Assembly (NCBI RefSeq): GCF_035594765.1
Contig: NC_085843.1
Span: 242,707,971-242,771,970, forward strand
Length of the DNA: 64,000 bases
Direction: 5' to 3'
From: Anolis carolinensis
Taxonomy: Eukaryota
The notes below the pieces were generated by a model. That model did not search any database. It worked only from the letters and a program-made list of their open reading frames with translations, and was not told the DNA's origin. Positions 52,041-64,000 of this stretch are shown one piece after another. The first letter of the stretch is position 1. Each line of letters starts with the position of its first letter. The position numbers were made by a program, and so were the translations under genes.

Positions 52041-55000
52041 GGCAAATTAATTCCATGACTTTATTTTGGCTTCTACACACAGTTTCTAATGTTTTGTTTC
52101 CATAACTGGTCATCATTAACTGGAGAGGTAATGAAAGTAGTTTTGTTTTGTCCTTAAAACAGGGTGAAGTAATGATGAGGGTTTGCTAGGGTATTGCTAC
52201 TCAAAGTTGTGGCGACCAATACTGGAATGCAAGTTATTGGCTGCAGTCAGTGGCAAGTTTCAAAGAAAGAACTAAAGAAAGAAAGACAGTTTCCATCTGT
52301 TTGTGTGCTCTCTCCTTCAAGTTATATTTTACCTTATGACAAATCCATGAATTTCATTGTGTTTTCTTATTTGTAATAGTGTGATATACTGAAGCTGTTA
52401 CATTAATTGTAAAAATGGCAGGTTGCTTGTGACCACAATAAAATGTCTTGGCCAAGGCAGCCCTCCCTAGTTAGGAGGGGAGAGATGGGCAGGTAGGTGA
52501 GCCTTGATACACCCACGAGCCTGTCAGTGAGAGCTGTAGGGCCTCCCTCAGCTGGCGGGAAGCTTTGGAACTACGGGTTTTCCCACAGCTGATCATTGAG
52601 GGAATCCCCATACTAGTCACACCCCCTTTTTGCCAAAAAGGGTGGAAAGTGTGACTATTATGCAATGAAATATGTTAATTTTCACTCATCCTTCAGCATT
52701 TATTTTTTATGCTCCAAGGTAAGTGGGGTGGATAGTAGAATGATGTGGAAAAAGAACCTTCAGTGGGAAGATGAAGTAGAGTCTCCCTGAAATGCCAGTG
52801 TTTCAGTCGAGCAGTGACTTCTGTGATGCAGTCTATTTTACTTGGGGTGAAACTAATATTTTAAAAAAGCCAGAAGTGTCCAAATGTCCATTGCTTATTT
52901 TGAAAACAGACAAATTTTTACCAGAGGGAAGGATACTATAACTCGTTTAAAATATAATTGCCAGCCTCAGATGCTTCCAGGAGTAGCAATTACATTTGGG
53001 GGAGGGGGGCAGAAAAATGGTGGTCTAAGACACCATTTCTTAAACCTTTTCCACTTGCACTTCCTTTCTACTCAAGAATTTTTTATGTGACCTGAGTATA
53101 TAAGATAGGTATAAAAATCAAACATTTGTTCACAATAAATCAGCATTTGCCAAGACTTGCTGAACACATTGATTATTTATTTATTTATTTATTTTATTTA
53201 CAGTATTTATATTCCGCCCTTCTCACCCCGAAGGGGACTCAGGGAAGATCACATTGCACACATATAAGGCAAACATTCAATGCCATAACATAGAACAGAG
53301 ACAGAGACAGACGCAGGCATGGGCTGGCCTCGAACTCATAACCTCTTGGTCAGAGTGATTTGTTGCAGCTGGGTGCTAACCAGCCTGCGCCACAGCCCAG
53401 ATTATCTTTTTAATGCTGATATTTTGTCGCACTAAAATAATTGAATTGAACCCTTTGTCTTCCCTGTACCTTTTATCAATTAATTGTGTAGTAACTGTGA
53501 CATGAAATTTTATGACCATAGCTTTGCCCTCTGCTGATGTTAATTTTGCACTTTCTTTATCCCTGTGCTAGCTGATGGTAGTAACCTGTTTTAATACTAA
53601 AACTTGTTCAACCTGAAGTTTTGCTACATTAAATTGATCAGTTGCATCCTAAAACCTCGAGGAATCATGTCTCCTCCAGCCTTTTATTGGGAAAAGAGAA
53701 AGGGAAGGTTTTAGAAATACTTGATGGGAGGGATAGGAAGAATGGAATGTAGACAATACAAGCATGTCTTGTGGTTCATATCTATACTTGACTCAGGGTT
53801 TCACACTTGTAGAATTTTGTGTGACCCCCACATTTGTGGTTCTTTCAAAGATCAGTGAAGACTTATTTTACATAATCCTTCAGTTTTGTGTTTATTTACA
53901 ACCTTGGTCATTATTTTTATTGTTATTACTGTACTGTGTTCTGCTGTTCTTGGTTTCTTTCTTTCTTTTTTTTAAGAATGTGTTGTATTGTCTTTTTTCA
54001 TCTAGAAGTCACATTAAAACCCTTAAAGTGAAACAGAAACCAATAAATAGAAAATAAATTTGTATCAACATACAGACGTCTAAAGACATAGAACACAAAA
54101 ATCATGTACTAATGAATGTGCACAAATAACAGTGCAGTCTAAAGTGGCCTTTCACCTTGATAAAAGAAAAGGGTCATGAAGTTTCAGACATATCAACAAT
54201 AACATAGTAGTGCAGTTATAGCAGAATATTTCTTATAACTAACCTGTGTATTAAATTCTGTTTTCTTATGAAGCTCCAAAAAGACGAAGACCTGCTCGAT
54301 CAATATTTGATGGCTTTCGGGATTTCCAAACAGAAACTAGTAAGTATCTGTAGACCATTAAAACCTTCCTTTTGCTCCGTAGTTGTATCTGTGCTTACTA
54401 ACTTGGACCTTTTAAAGTAAGTGTGAGGAACATTTTGTCTCCCAGATGTCCTTAGACTCTAAGCAGCCTCAAGAGTCCATAGTGAGTGATCCGTGATATT
54501 GCAAGTTAGAGTCCAAAAGCATCTGGAGGGGCGCTGCTTCCTACTCGTTGTTTTAGTGGTGGTGAAATCACTAAACAATTGAAAACTTTGTCATCTCCCA
54601 TTTCTTTTGGCTGCTGGCACACTTGCAGTTTGTGCCCACTATGGATATATTCACGTACTTGTTGGTCATAACTGTTGACAAAACACCAATTTCCCAGAAG
54701 GCAAACTTGTGTGTCTGAAAGGACACCAACTTGCACAGAGACCAGAATACCAGGTAGAATCTGTCTCTGACCTTCCAAACTTTAAAAAAAATTATTTTGA
54801 TCGCAAAGTTTTATGTTATAGGAGAAAAATAGATAATGCTTAGAGATAAGTAACTTGACCAAAAGCTGAGTATAAGGAGGAGGTTGAGTCTAAGCCTCAA
54901 ACGTTAAATCACTTATTTGTCACTGTAAATCACAGCTTATTTCACATGAGGTGCAGTGGTAATGCTTTTAAAAATATGTACACAAAATACCTGTTAATCA

Positions 55001-58000
55001 ACATACCTATACTGTACACACATTCCTCCCCAAGCAAAAACACATCACACTATAGCAAACAAACCACCTACCATTAATCACACACACGTAAAATCCACAA
55101 AATAAAGCAAAAGTACAGTGCCAGCGAAGTCACCTCCTTGTTATATATTATCTATATATTTTTATCAACCTCTGCCAGATATTAGCCAGGGAGGCCCACT
55201 AGCCTGTTGCAACCACTACCAACTCCTGGGCACTGGATGGTGATCTCCACAGACCTTATTACAGATTTACCCTATTTAACTGGTCACACAATCATTCTTG
55301 TAGAGGCAAACTTGTTCAGTAAAATGGCACACTTTATTCCCTGTTCTGATGTGACCTCTGCCAAGGAAATGGTAGCATATTTTGCCTTCATGGTTTCCCT
55401 GTGGGGATCATATCTAACCAAATTATTTTAATCAGATTATACTTTATTGATCCCTAGGCTTTCTGGGAACAGGAGGGGCAAACAAAACAAAACCTTTGAT
55501 TATCCATTATGGAAAATACAAGGACCCTAAAACATGAAAATTCAGAACTGTCTCTGCCCAATTCTCTGACCTTGATTCCCCCTTTTGAAAATGTTTGACC
55601 CCCATCCACAACCTAAAAATGTTAACATTTTCTACTTTCTGTCTACGAAGGGGTTTATGAGTTTTGCACTAGAAAGAGTTTTGGGTCTTAGCAAGGAAAG
55701 AAGGAGAGGCGTTTTCAAAGCCCTGTGTAAGTGATCCCTTTATAATAAGATTGCCTTATCTCTCTTTTTCTTCTGTCCCCCCACAGTACGTCAGGAACAA
55801 GAATTGAGGAATGGAGGAGCAATAGACAAGAAACTTACCACCCTCGCAGATCTATTCAGGCCTCCAATTGATCTAATGCATAAAGGGAGTTTTGAAACAG
55901 TAGGTTGCTAACATTTGCTGTGAATGGTTCAGTATTGACTTGGGCATCATTTTTTTTTGTATCATGACAATTTAGTGTTTTGTTATACACCTTGGTAGCT
56001 CTCTGACTATTGTTGTCATCATCACTTTTCTTAGAAGTATTTCATAGTTGTCACTATTTGTACATAATACTGAACTGAGTAAAGAGAAATCCTGGTTCCA
56101 TTCATAATTAAGCTATGTACATAAACAGAGGATTTCTCTATATCTGTACTGAAAATTCCTTCTAATAAGTTGGTCATAGGAACATACTTATTACATATTT
56201 TTGCCTCACTTTAAATTCCTGACACCGTAAGTTGAAAAGGACTCTGTCAAAGTTGAGGAGGATCATGGAAAGCTTGTTATCACAGTGGGCCGTAATGAGC
56301 TCTATTGACTATCTTAATAATTTTAAAACCAATTCCAATATCAATTAGTTTTCATCAGAATTTACTTTCAAATAAGTGTGCATTGAAAATCTGTGATATA
56401 TGAAGAACACTGTCTCTATACTGATATTCATTTTATAAATTGAAAGTGTTTATTGCAATAAAAGAACATTCTTTGGTTGTAAGAAATTTGTCTCTTGTAG
56501 CTGTCGAGAAAAAGGAAACTGTTCAGTTCTTCAAGAATAAAATCTATATTTATATTATACTACTGCATTTTGTATCCTTAATTGCTGTTATAGTTCCTTA
56601 AAGTGGAATCTGTTTTGCCTTAATTGTATTGATGCATATGTGTTTTTTGTATTATATCTTTTAAATATCTTAAATAGCTTTAGACAAAATAAAAGTCAAA
56701 TACTTTTGTTAGTTTTAGGAATGGCAGTCATTTTCCAATGTTGTTACTTTGTTTATGATAAAAGCTTCTTCTCCCATGTTTGGAAAAATAATTTCCTCAT
56801 TGCAAAAGAGGAGCCATGTACAGGCAGTCCCCAGGTTACAAACATGATAGATTCTGTAGGTTTGTTCTTACGTTGAATTTGTATATAAATTGGAACAGAC
56901 ACATTTTTAAAGTGTAACTCCAGTCATAGACACACATATGGTTTGAGTAGCATAGGGAAGGATTAACACCTCTCAGTGTTTGTTTTACTGTCTGTGCCCC
57001 CTATTCAGAAGATTTCACCTCATTTTCTGTTCCTGTAATAATTAGCTTTTGAAAACTGTGGCTTATTGTGGAAACAAGGATGGGTGAGAAAGCTTCAGCG
57101 GAGACACCTTTTCCCCATGATAACTCTTCCAGGAGTGAATTTCCCTTCCTAGGAGTAGATTTCTCTCACTGTTTTCTCAACCCAGTTCCTGTAAGTCTTT
57201 TGCAAATTGGATGTTTATAATCATAGAATCGTAGAGTTGGAAGATACCTCATGTGCCATCCAGTCCAACCCCCTGCAAGAAGCAGGAAAATCTCATTCAA
57301 AGCACCCCCGACAGATGGCCATCCAGCCTCTGCTTAAAAGCCTCCAAAGAAGGAGCCTCCACCATAGTCCGGGGCAGAGAGTTCCACTGCTGAACAGCTC
57401 TCACAGTGAGGAAGTTCTTCCTGATGTTCAGGTGGAATCTCCTTTCCTGTAGTTTGAAGCCATTGTCCCGCATCCTAGTCTGCAGGGCAGCAGAAAACAA
57501 GCTTGCTCCCTCCTCCCTATGACTTCCCCTCACATATTTGTATATGGCTATCATGTCTCCTCTCAGCCTTCTCTTCTGCAGGGAGGATAACTCAGGGACT
57601 GCCTGTATTTGTAGAAATTCCCTTTTCTAACGTTAAAGTGGAGGTGGGCAATGTCTGTCCCATGCAGATGTATTGTATGTCAGTAGCATGAAGAAAAGTT
57701 TTATCACTATAGAAAAGCACATGTACCTTGTTTCTAGATTGATTGGTTCTTCCAGAAAGCTTCCAGGAATGCTAACACCCTTTAATGGGAGAGATTTCCT
57801 TTAATTCTGTAGTTTCCATTGTTATCCTAAGTAAACTTATAAATAGTTTAACAACCTGGAGCTACAGTCATGTAAAGTTATTTAAAAGTCCACGTGATCA
57901 ATCTGGATGATTTTGACTGATGTGAGAATGCCTGCTACACAGAAAGTGGCATCTTGATGGAGATTGGATAACCTTTTGTCCTTTCCAAGTTTGTGATTCT

Positions 58001-61000
58001 ATATTATGAACCGAGATATGTGTTGGCACAATGGGTTAAATCCTGTGCTGGCTGGACTGCTGACCTGAAGGTTACCAGTTTGAATCCGTGAGACAAGGTG
58101 AGCTCCCGTCTATCAGCTCTAGTTTGCGGGGACATGAGAGAAGCTTCCCAGCAGGATATTAACACATCCCAGTGTCCCCTGGGCAACATCTCTGTAGACA
58201 GCCACTTCTTTCACACCAGAAGCGACTTGCAGTATGTTCTCAAGTCGCTTCTGAAATGATTAAAAAATTATGAACCAGAGCTGCTTACAATTTTCTTTCT
58301 TCTTCCAAAGCTATGAATTTTGGCAGTACATTTTATCAAAAGCTACTGTAGTCAGCAGAACGCTTTGATGGATATTTGCACTCTGTAAGGTTTTCAGTGG
58401 ATTGCTGCACAAACACTTTGGCTAAAATTAAAGTAGATAAAATCTACTTCCCATTCACTAAAAGCAAAATGCATTACCTTAAATTTTAAAGTATCAGATT
58501 CATAATTTTAGTAGATCTGCAATTTGAATACCTAATTCATAAATTTAAAGAGAATATTGAGTTTGCACCAAGTGAATTTTTGTGTGTAATATAACAATGA
58601 AAATTAGTTGGATTATAAAGAAGTAAGGTGAGACCTTTTAAGGTTCTGGTAGAAATTCAGTCCAGGATGACTTTGACACTGCTTTCTTAAAATAATTCAA
58701 TCTGTTTCTTGTATGCACATATTTAATTGTTGCTGTAGTTATCATTTATAAAACATAGGCTTCTCGATCCCCAGTTCTGAATATATCTACTATGAAGTAA
58801 GACCCATTCATGTGTTTTATATATAGTGTATTTCATTATATGAAGAAATATTGTGACCAGGTGACCTAAGCACCTGTTCAGGTTAGGCACATTCTTGATA
58901 GGCAACTTTGAGGGCTCTCCCTTCTGATGTTACCTTTAAATTTAAACTGGTAAACAAACCTGCTAACAGATTAGTTATCTTTAAATAGGAGATATAGTTT
59001 ATTTAAATGCTTAATATCTGCATCAATATCTGAAAATAGACTGACTTATTGAAATGATTCTGGACATGCATTGTCCTAAAGGATTGTTGTAGTTTTTTAA
59101 AGTCTTTATAGTACATGGCTAAATTCCTGCCCCCCTTATTGTATAAAAAGAATCCCATGCAAGCCTTGTATGGTTAACTGAAATGTCCTTGTTTTTCATT
59201 AATGGGCTATGTATTCCAAGGTACAGGTATAAAATACACTTTGAACAGAGTGTGTGTATTATCCATTCCCATTCCTTCATTGTAAAGAGAAATAGGGTTA
59301 TGATGAGGTTTTGTAGTTTCCCACCTTGGCCAAATTAATTGGTTCAAATTAATGTTTAACGAAGTTCAGGCAGTTCCCGAGTTACAAACAAGACAGATTT
59401 TGTAGATTTGTTCTTAAGTTGAATATGTATGTAAGTTGGAACAGATACATTTTTAAGTGTAACTCCAGCCACACATATGTAACCTTTGGATAGCATAGGG
59501 AAGAGTTAACACCCCTGTAACATTTGTTTTGTTGTCTGTACTCCTGTTCAGAGGATTTCACCTCACTCTGTCCCTATGATAATTAGATTTTGAAAAAAAT
59601 TGGCTTGTTGTGGAAAAAAGGATTGGTGAGAAAGCTTCAGTGAAGACACCTTTTCAACCAGCCAATCAGGCAATGCCAGCTTTGAGACTCAAACCAGTAA
59701 GATCTCTTCCTGCAAATTCAAATCTTTCCCACACACCCCACTTGCAGTCTGAAGGATCCAAACAAAGTTGTTCTCCAATAATACCAAAATATAGTATTTA
59801 AGAATGAACAGAGAAATAGAAAGAATAGTAAAAATGGAAACTGCAACATCCATTAATGAATCATACCCACCACAACTTCACCTCTTGAATCAACCAATGT
59901 GTCCTGTTGTTAGATCCATGTTATTCTTTTTACAGTCAACTCTATTTTTTTTTTAGCTTTTCCCAGTTTTGGAAAAAAGAAACACTGCTTTACTACTTCT
60001 CCTGTGCTTGGCATGTTCACGAGAATTACTTTGGGATTACCAGGGTATGATAATGTGACGTGCAGAGTTGCTTATCAGGATTGTTTGCAGATAATCTTTT
60101 TTAGACCTGATAGGGTTTTTGTCCAGTACAAAGAAACTGTAATGAATCCTGGAACAAAAAGCAGAAGCCTTCATTGCTGGGATTGTTTCTTGCTGGATCT
60201 CCATTTCTGTCTAATATTCTTAATGTTGTTTCTCTCTCCAGGCCAAGGAGTGTGGTCAGATGCAAAATAAATGGCTCATGATAAACATACAGAATGTGCA
60301 GGATTTTGCTTGTCAGTGTCTTAACCGTGACGTTTGGAGCAATGAAGCTGTGAAAAATATTATCCGGGAACACTTCATTTTTTGGCAGGTGGGAATATCA
60401 TTTCTCAGAAAGAATATAAGATTGATAACAAAATCAAGTCTCACCCAAATCATGCTTGGGGAAGTAGTTTATATGCTAGATTAAAATGTAGATGGTAATC
60501 TTGAATGTTGGTGCATCCTTTAATGGTGAAATGTTCTCTAGCATTAAAACACTCATTTTGATTACTTGATAGGTATATCATGACAGCGAAGAAGGGCAAA
60601 GATATATACAGTTCTACAAATTAGCAGACTTCCCTTATGTGTCTATTCTGGACCCTAGAACAGGTAAGAAGGAACATGGATGTGTGTGTGTGTGTGTGTC
60701 TATGCTACTGTAAAATAAACAGCTTTGCTTTCCTTTAGATTCTAAAATGTGTGTGTTACTGTTGGCTGGAAACTTACTATCTTATAATCAACTTTTTATC
60801 TACCAGTATACAATCCTGTGTAAAGCTCAAACACTGATCATGTCATAAGGAGAAGGGGGCATTGATCTGTGTTCTTGATGATTTTTGGTAGGTTGTCGGT
60901 AATATTCTAGCTACATGCACCAGGAAGTGAGCACACTTCCTGATGTATCTAGTCATGCTAGCGCAAAGGTGCTTCTGTTCTATGAGTCCCCAAACACTAT

Positions 61001-62407
61001 CACCTTTCTTTTCACCTTGATGCAGTTGGTGATTGACAAACAGCAGACAATTGTGACTCCATCTGCCTCCATCTCTGCAGTTATTTCTCTTAAATTCCTT
61101 TCTGTAATATCTATATGGAATCTATGGGATGTATAACTATGGTACACATGTTAAGTCCATTATACTTCCAATGGCAGGCTAGAAAGTTTTTATTCAGGCA
61201 GGCTTTTAAAGAAAAAGGTTTTTAAGATCAAGGAGCTTAAAGGAGCTCCTGTGTTTTGAGTTTTGAATTTTTAACATCACTGATACTTAATTTGATTTTT
61301 AATGTTTGTATATTTGTAGATTTTAAATTGTACTTAATTGCTTTTAATGTAAGCCGCTTTGAGCTTCCTTGTGGAGAGAAAAAGCAGGGTATAAATAAAC
61401 ATAATCATAATCATCAGTGGCTATTTCATCCTTAGAAATAAAAGGCTTAGTGTTTCAGTCCAATGGTTACTTAGCAATTCTGTTGCTACTGTCTTTGCAG
61501 AAACATTGTAGAAATACGTTAGGATTTTTTTTTTAAAAAAAACGGTCATTACATATTCATTGTTTTGAGATGTGAAAGAGAATTCTTTAAAAAGTTAATT
61601 TTTATGGATTTTTAAATGTCTTCTTCTTGGTAATAATTTCAAATTCCAGTTGCTGAAGTATGGATTATTGCTATTTTGAACAGGGCAGAAGCTAGTGGAG
61701 TGGCATCAGCTAGATGTAACCTCTTTTTTGGACCAAGTGACTGGGTTTCTAGGGGAGCATGGACAACTAGATGGACATTCTACCAGTCCTCCTCAGAAAC
61801 GTACTCGCTCTGTAAGTATAATTTTTATTTGATGGCTTGAAAAGATAAATTGAGCGTATTTTTAGTCAGAGAAGAAAAAAATAGGCAGTACATTACCTTT
61901 TAGTCAAAAATGTTATTTCATAGACAAACTATTTGATTTCTCTTGTGTTTCCTTCCACTTTTCAATGTATTAATGTAGCTTTTCTCTCCCATTTGCTTCA
62001 TGGCTGTATTCACTAGGAGAGTTTAATTGATGCAAGTGAAGACAGCCAGTTGGAAGCTGCCATCAGAGCATCTCTACAGGAAACACATTTTGACTCTGAC
62101 CAAGCCAAGCAGGAGAACAGATCAGATGAAGAATCTGAATCAGAGCTTTTCTCTGGGAGTGAAGAATTTATTTCAGTTTGCGGTTCTGATGATGATGAGC
62201 CAGACAATTCTTCAAAGTCTAGGAAGTCTCCGCACAAGGACTTGGGATGTAGGAAAGAAGAAAGCAGAAGGCCCCAGGCGGAGCCCACTGCAAGGACTGA
62301 ACCTGAGGTGATAACAAACCACCGAGAACTGTCTTGCATGGATTCTGGGGTGCTAACAGAGGCAGAACCTAAACCAGAAGCTGCTGTGAAGGAGTTAAAT
62401 GTTAATG
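42174..62407 (+). CDS. UBXN7: UBX domain protein 7, exons 1-9 (3'-partial): 42174-42246, 48753-48900, 51435-51502, 54274-54339, 55787-55899, 60242-60388, 60573-60663, 61684-61811, 62017-62407
   Basis: UBA-like N-terminus (LLQQFTAITGATESIGKHMLEACNNNLEMAVTMFLD), UAS domain (LADLFRPPIDLMHKGSF...KWLMINIQNVQDFACQCLNRDVWSN...FPYVSILDPRTG) and UIM (SEDSQLEAAIRASLQE). Frame is continuous across GT-AG junctions. The UBX-domain exons are not found before 64000. Confidence 0.96.
42575..44113. repeat. 107-bp tandem array (about 12 units) derived from one arm of a palindromic MITE
   Basis: ATGAATACAA recurs at 42681, 42788, 42895 and 43002 (107-bp period). Interrupted by a LINE-tail insert at ~43350-43540 and ends in the inverted arm. 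Confidence 0.92.
45160..45502. mobile_element. Tc1/mariner MITE
   Basis: TA-flanked with TIR CAGTGTTCCCTCACT; copy of 33515-33855. Confidence 0.88.
46930..47740 (+). mobile_element. L2 LINE 3' fragment with a BovB-like insert and a (TAT)n(TAC)n tail
   Basis: QLHSLPI..KYKVLVVTYKALNGSGPGYL, followed by an L2-type 3' UTR and a microsatellite. Confidence 0.7.
49803..51104 (-). mobile_element. Solo LTR (Gypsy/BEL-like), 1302 bp, containing a 195-codon ORF
   Basis: Termini TGTTG...CAACA, perfect 5-bp TSD CATAC (49798-49802, 51105-51109), and an internal 91-bp duplication at 50172-50350. Minus orientation inferred from a TATA-like TTAAAAG ~50490 and the ORF direction. Confidence 0.88.
51885..52038. 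repeat. (TTA)n and (TAA)n microsatellites in inverted orientation
   Basis: About 13-14 units each, ~70 bp apart. Confidence 0.9.
53172..53399 (-). mobile_element. Short tRNA-headed SINE with an L2-type (TAAA)n tail
   Basis: Head GGGCTGTGGCGCAGGCTGG...GAGTTCGAGGCC; tail CTGAGTCCCCTTCGGGGTGAGAAGGGCGG...AAATAAATAA. Confidence 0.7.
55165..55400 (+). mobile_element. Degenerate Ty3/Gypsy integrase fragment
   Basis: LLQPLPTPGHWMVISTDLITDLPYLTGHTIILVEANLFSKMAHFIPC matches the Gypsy integrase core start (QPLP..PW..ISMDFITDLP...VVD.FSKMAHF.PC). Confidence 0.85.
56821..57605. mobile_element. Tigger-like MITE interrupted by CR1
   Basis: TA|CAGGCAGTCCC...GGGACTGCCTG|TA. Truncated sister copy at 59367-~59655. 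Confidence 0.8.
57219..57581 (-). mobile_element. CR1 3' fragment
   Basis: Reverse complement of the 3' part of 291-941 (MIAIYKYVRGSHREEGASLFS...). Confidence 0.92.
58015..58267 (+). mobile_element. tRNA-derived SINE, older copy
   Basis: Similar to 16338-16599 and flanked by direct repeats ATTATGAACC. Confidence 0.75.
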
Positions 62408-62749
62408 GTAAGTGTGGTAGCTGAATGAATCCTGATGCTTTCCTAAGGCATTGAATTGTCGTAATTGATTTAGAGACACAACATTGTTTGTGGATGGTTA
62501 TTTATACTATCAGCTCCCACATGGTGTTCTATTGAACCCTAGGATTGCACAAAAGCATCATAGGAGTTAAGTGAAAAAAAATCTTTAAAATCTTTATTTA
62601 AAACTTTCAGAAAGCTTCATTAAGATCATATTGAAATTCAGTTTGCCTCTGCTTTAAAAAATGAAATTTGAATCTCTTTATTTCCAAACCTACTTTATTC
62701 AAGACACCTAGGCAATAGGAGTCAATGGAGTAATGATGATAATAATACG

Positions 62750-62791
<42 letters not shown>

Positions 62792-63204
62792 GCTACTTTA
62801 TTCTTGTGTCCTTCCACCATCTCCCCAAAGGGACTCGGGGCGGCTTACACACAGCACAAAAGTGCCTAAAAACAACATAAAAATAAAATGCAATATAAAA
62901 TGCAATTAAATAAAACAAATAGACATATAAAACAACAACTTAAAATTCAATTAAAGCAGCGCTCTTATAAAAGAAGAAAGAAAGCTGTGGGCTCATAGTG
63001 CTTAGGGACAGAGTTTGGGTTCCATGGAAAAATCAATTACAGTTAGGATTCCGCAGAGAAAAAAAGTCTTCTGTGATCAAAAACATTTGGTAACCACTGA
63101 TCTAGACACTTTTTATGTATGCAGGGCAGTTGAGCCCTTTGTATAATTCACAATGTATTTAGTGTGGTTGGCAAATCAGGTAGCAGAGCCACTATATACC
63201 ATTA

Positions 63205-63388
63205 TTCTGCTGCTGCTCAGGCGTTTAGTCGTCTCCAACTCTTCGTGACCTCATGGACCAGTCCACGCCAGAGTTCCCTGCCGGCCGTCACTGCCCCCAG
63301 TTCCTTCAAGGTCAACCCAGTCACTTCAAGGATACCGTCCATCCATCTTGCCCTTGGTCGGCCTCTCTTCCTTTTACCTTCCATTTTC
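63205..63388 (-). mobile_element. BovB/RTE 3' fragment
   Basis: Minus strand encodes GKRKRGRPRARWMDGILEVTGLTLKELG...DGRELWRGLVHEVTKSWRRL. Confidence 0.8.
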
Positions 63389-63925
63389 CATTATTCTAGT
63401 GTGGTAAATTTAAATGTCAGCAAAGTTTGGTTTTTTAAAAAACTCTTTTGAGTTTTGATAAGATCTCTCTTGGTAACTATTTTGATTAGTATCTGGACAG
63501 TGTTCATAATAACTTACTTAGTGTATGCATCTTCTATGTAAAGGGAGGAAAGTATTGGAAAGATCAGTGATGCATCCATAAAAACAGCCGTATTCCTTCT
63601 CTTCAGTAACAGTTGTATTTCTTACTTTGTAATTAGTTATCCAGTTTGCAATACTGAAAATTCTACACATTTCATAATTGCTTTTATGTTGCTCCCTAAA
63701 TTTAAATTATGTCTTAAAATTGATACTTGTGTACTGATATTCAGGGTTACAAACAGCTGTCCAAAAGACATGTGTTTTCCCAGAGAGCCATGTTGATGTG
63801 AATCAGCCATTTAGGGTTCAAAGCTGATCCTACCAAATTTGTATGCAACTAGCTGTGCCCGGCCACGCGTTGCTGTGGCGAAGTCTGGTGGTATGGGAAA
63901 TAAAGTATTGAGGAATTGGTGGTAG

Positions 63926-64000
63926 TTAAGGTAAAGGTAAAGGTTTTCCCCTGACATTAAGTCCAGTCATGTCTGACTCTGGGGGTTGGTGCTCATCTCC
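63926..64000 (-). mobile_element. Sauria SINE 3' end (truncated by the window edge)
   Basis: (AAAGGT)n followed by TTTTCCCCTGACATTAAGTCCAGTC..., as at 28882. Confidence 0.85.

Noticed and set aside
62408-64000. UBXN7 UBX-domain exons
   Set aside because: No segment encoding the expected LMLRYPDGKREQ-like sequence was found; these exons must lie beyond the window.

Overview
Eukaryotic (vertebrate) genomic DNA. The repeat content (Sauria SINEs, BovB/RTE, CR1, L2, Penelope, many MITEs) points to a squamate, most likely an anole lizard. The window holds five spliced genes in the order known from human 3q29: FBXO45 (minus strand, 3 coding exons, 306 aa) head-to-head with WDR53 (plus, 2 coding exons, 350 aa), then SMCO1 (plus, 3 exons, 194 aa), RNF168 (plus, 6 coding exons, 577 aa) and UBXN7 exons 1-9 (plus; the UBX-domain exons lie beyond the window). 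I read all exon boundaries manually at GT-AG sites and the reading frames are continuous across them. Introns and intergenic DNA are dense in transposon relics, several nested with recoverable target-site duplications (TSDs). The most unusual signal is a 1302-bp solo LTR in UBXN7 intron 2 (TGTTG...CAACA, 5-bp TSD CATAC). It carries an intact 195-codon ORF containing LRDIFTAPTDDESFMGF, a close match to the LEDGF/TFIIS-N-domain interaction motif of CDCA7L/JPO2 and IWS1. Other notable items are a heavily self-complementary GC-rich MITE, a 1.28-kb polypyrimidine tract, and two TE-associated tandem arrays flanking UBXN7 exon 1. Comparisons with human proteins and repeat families are from memory, not from searches.
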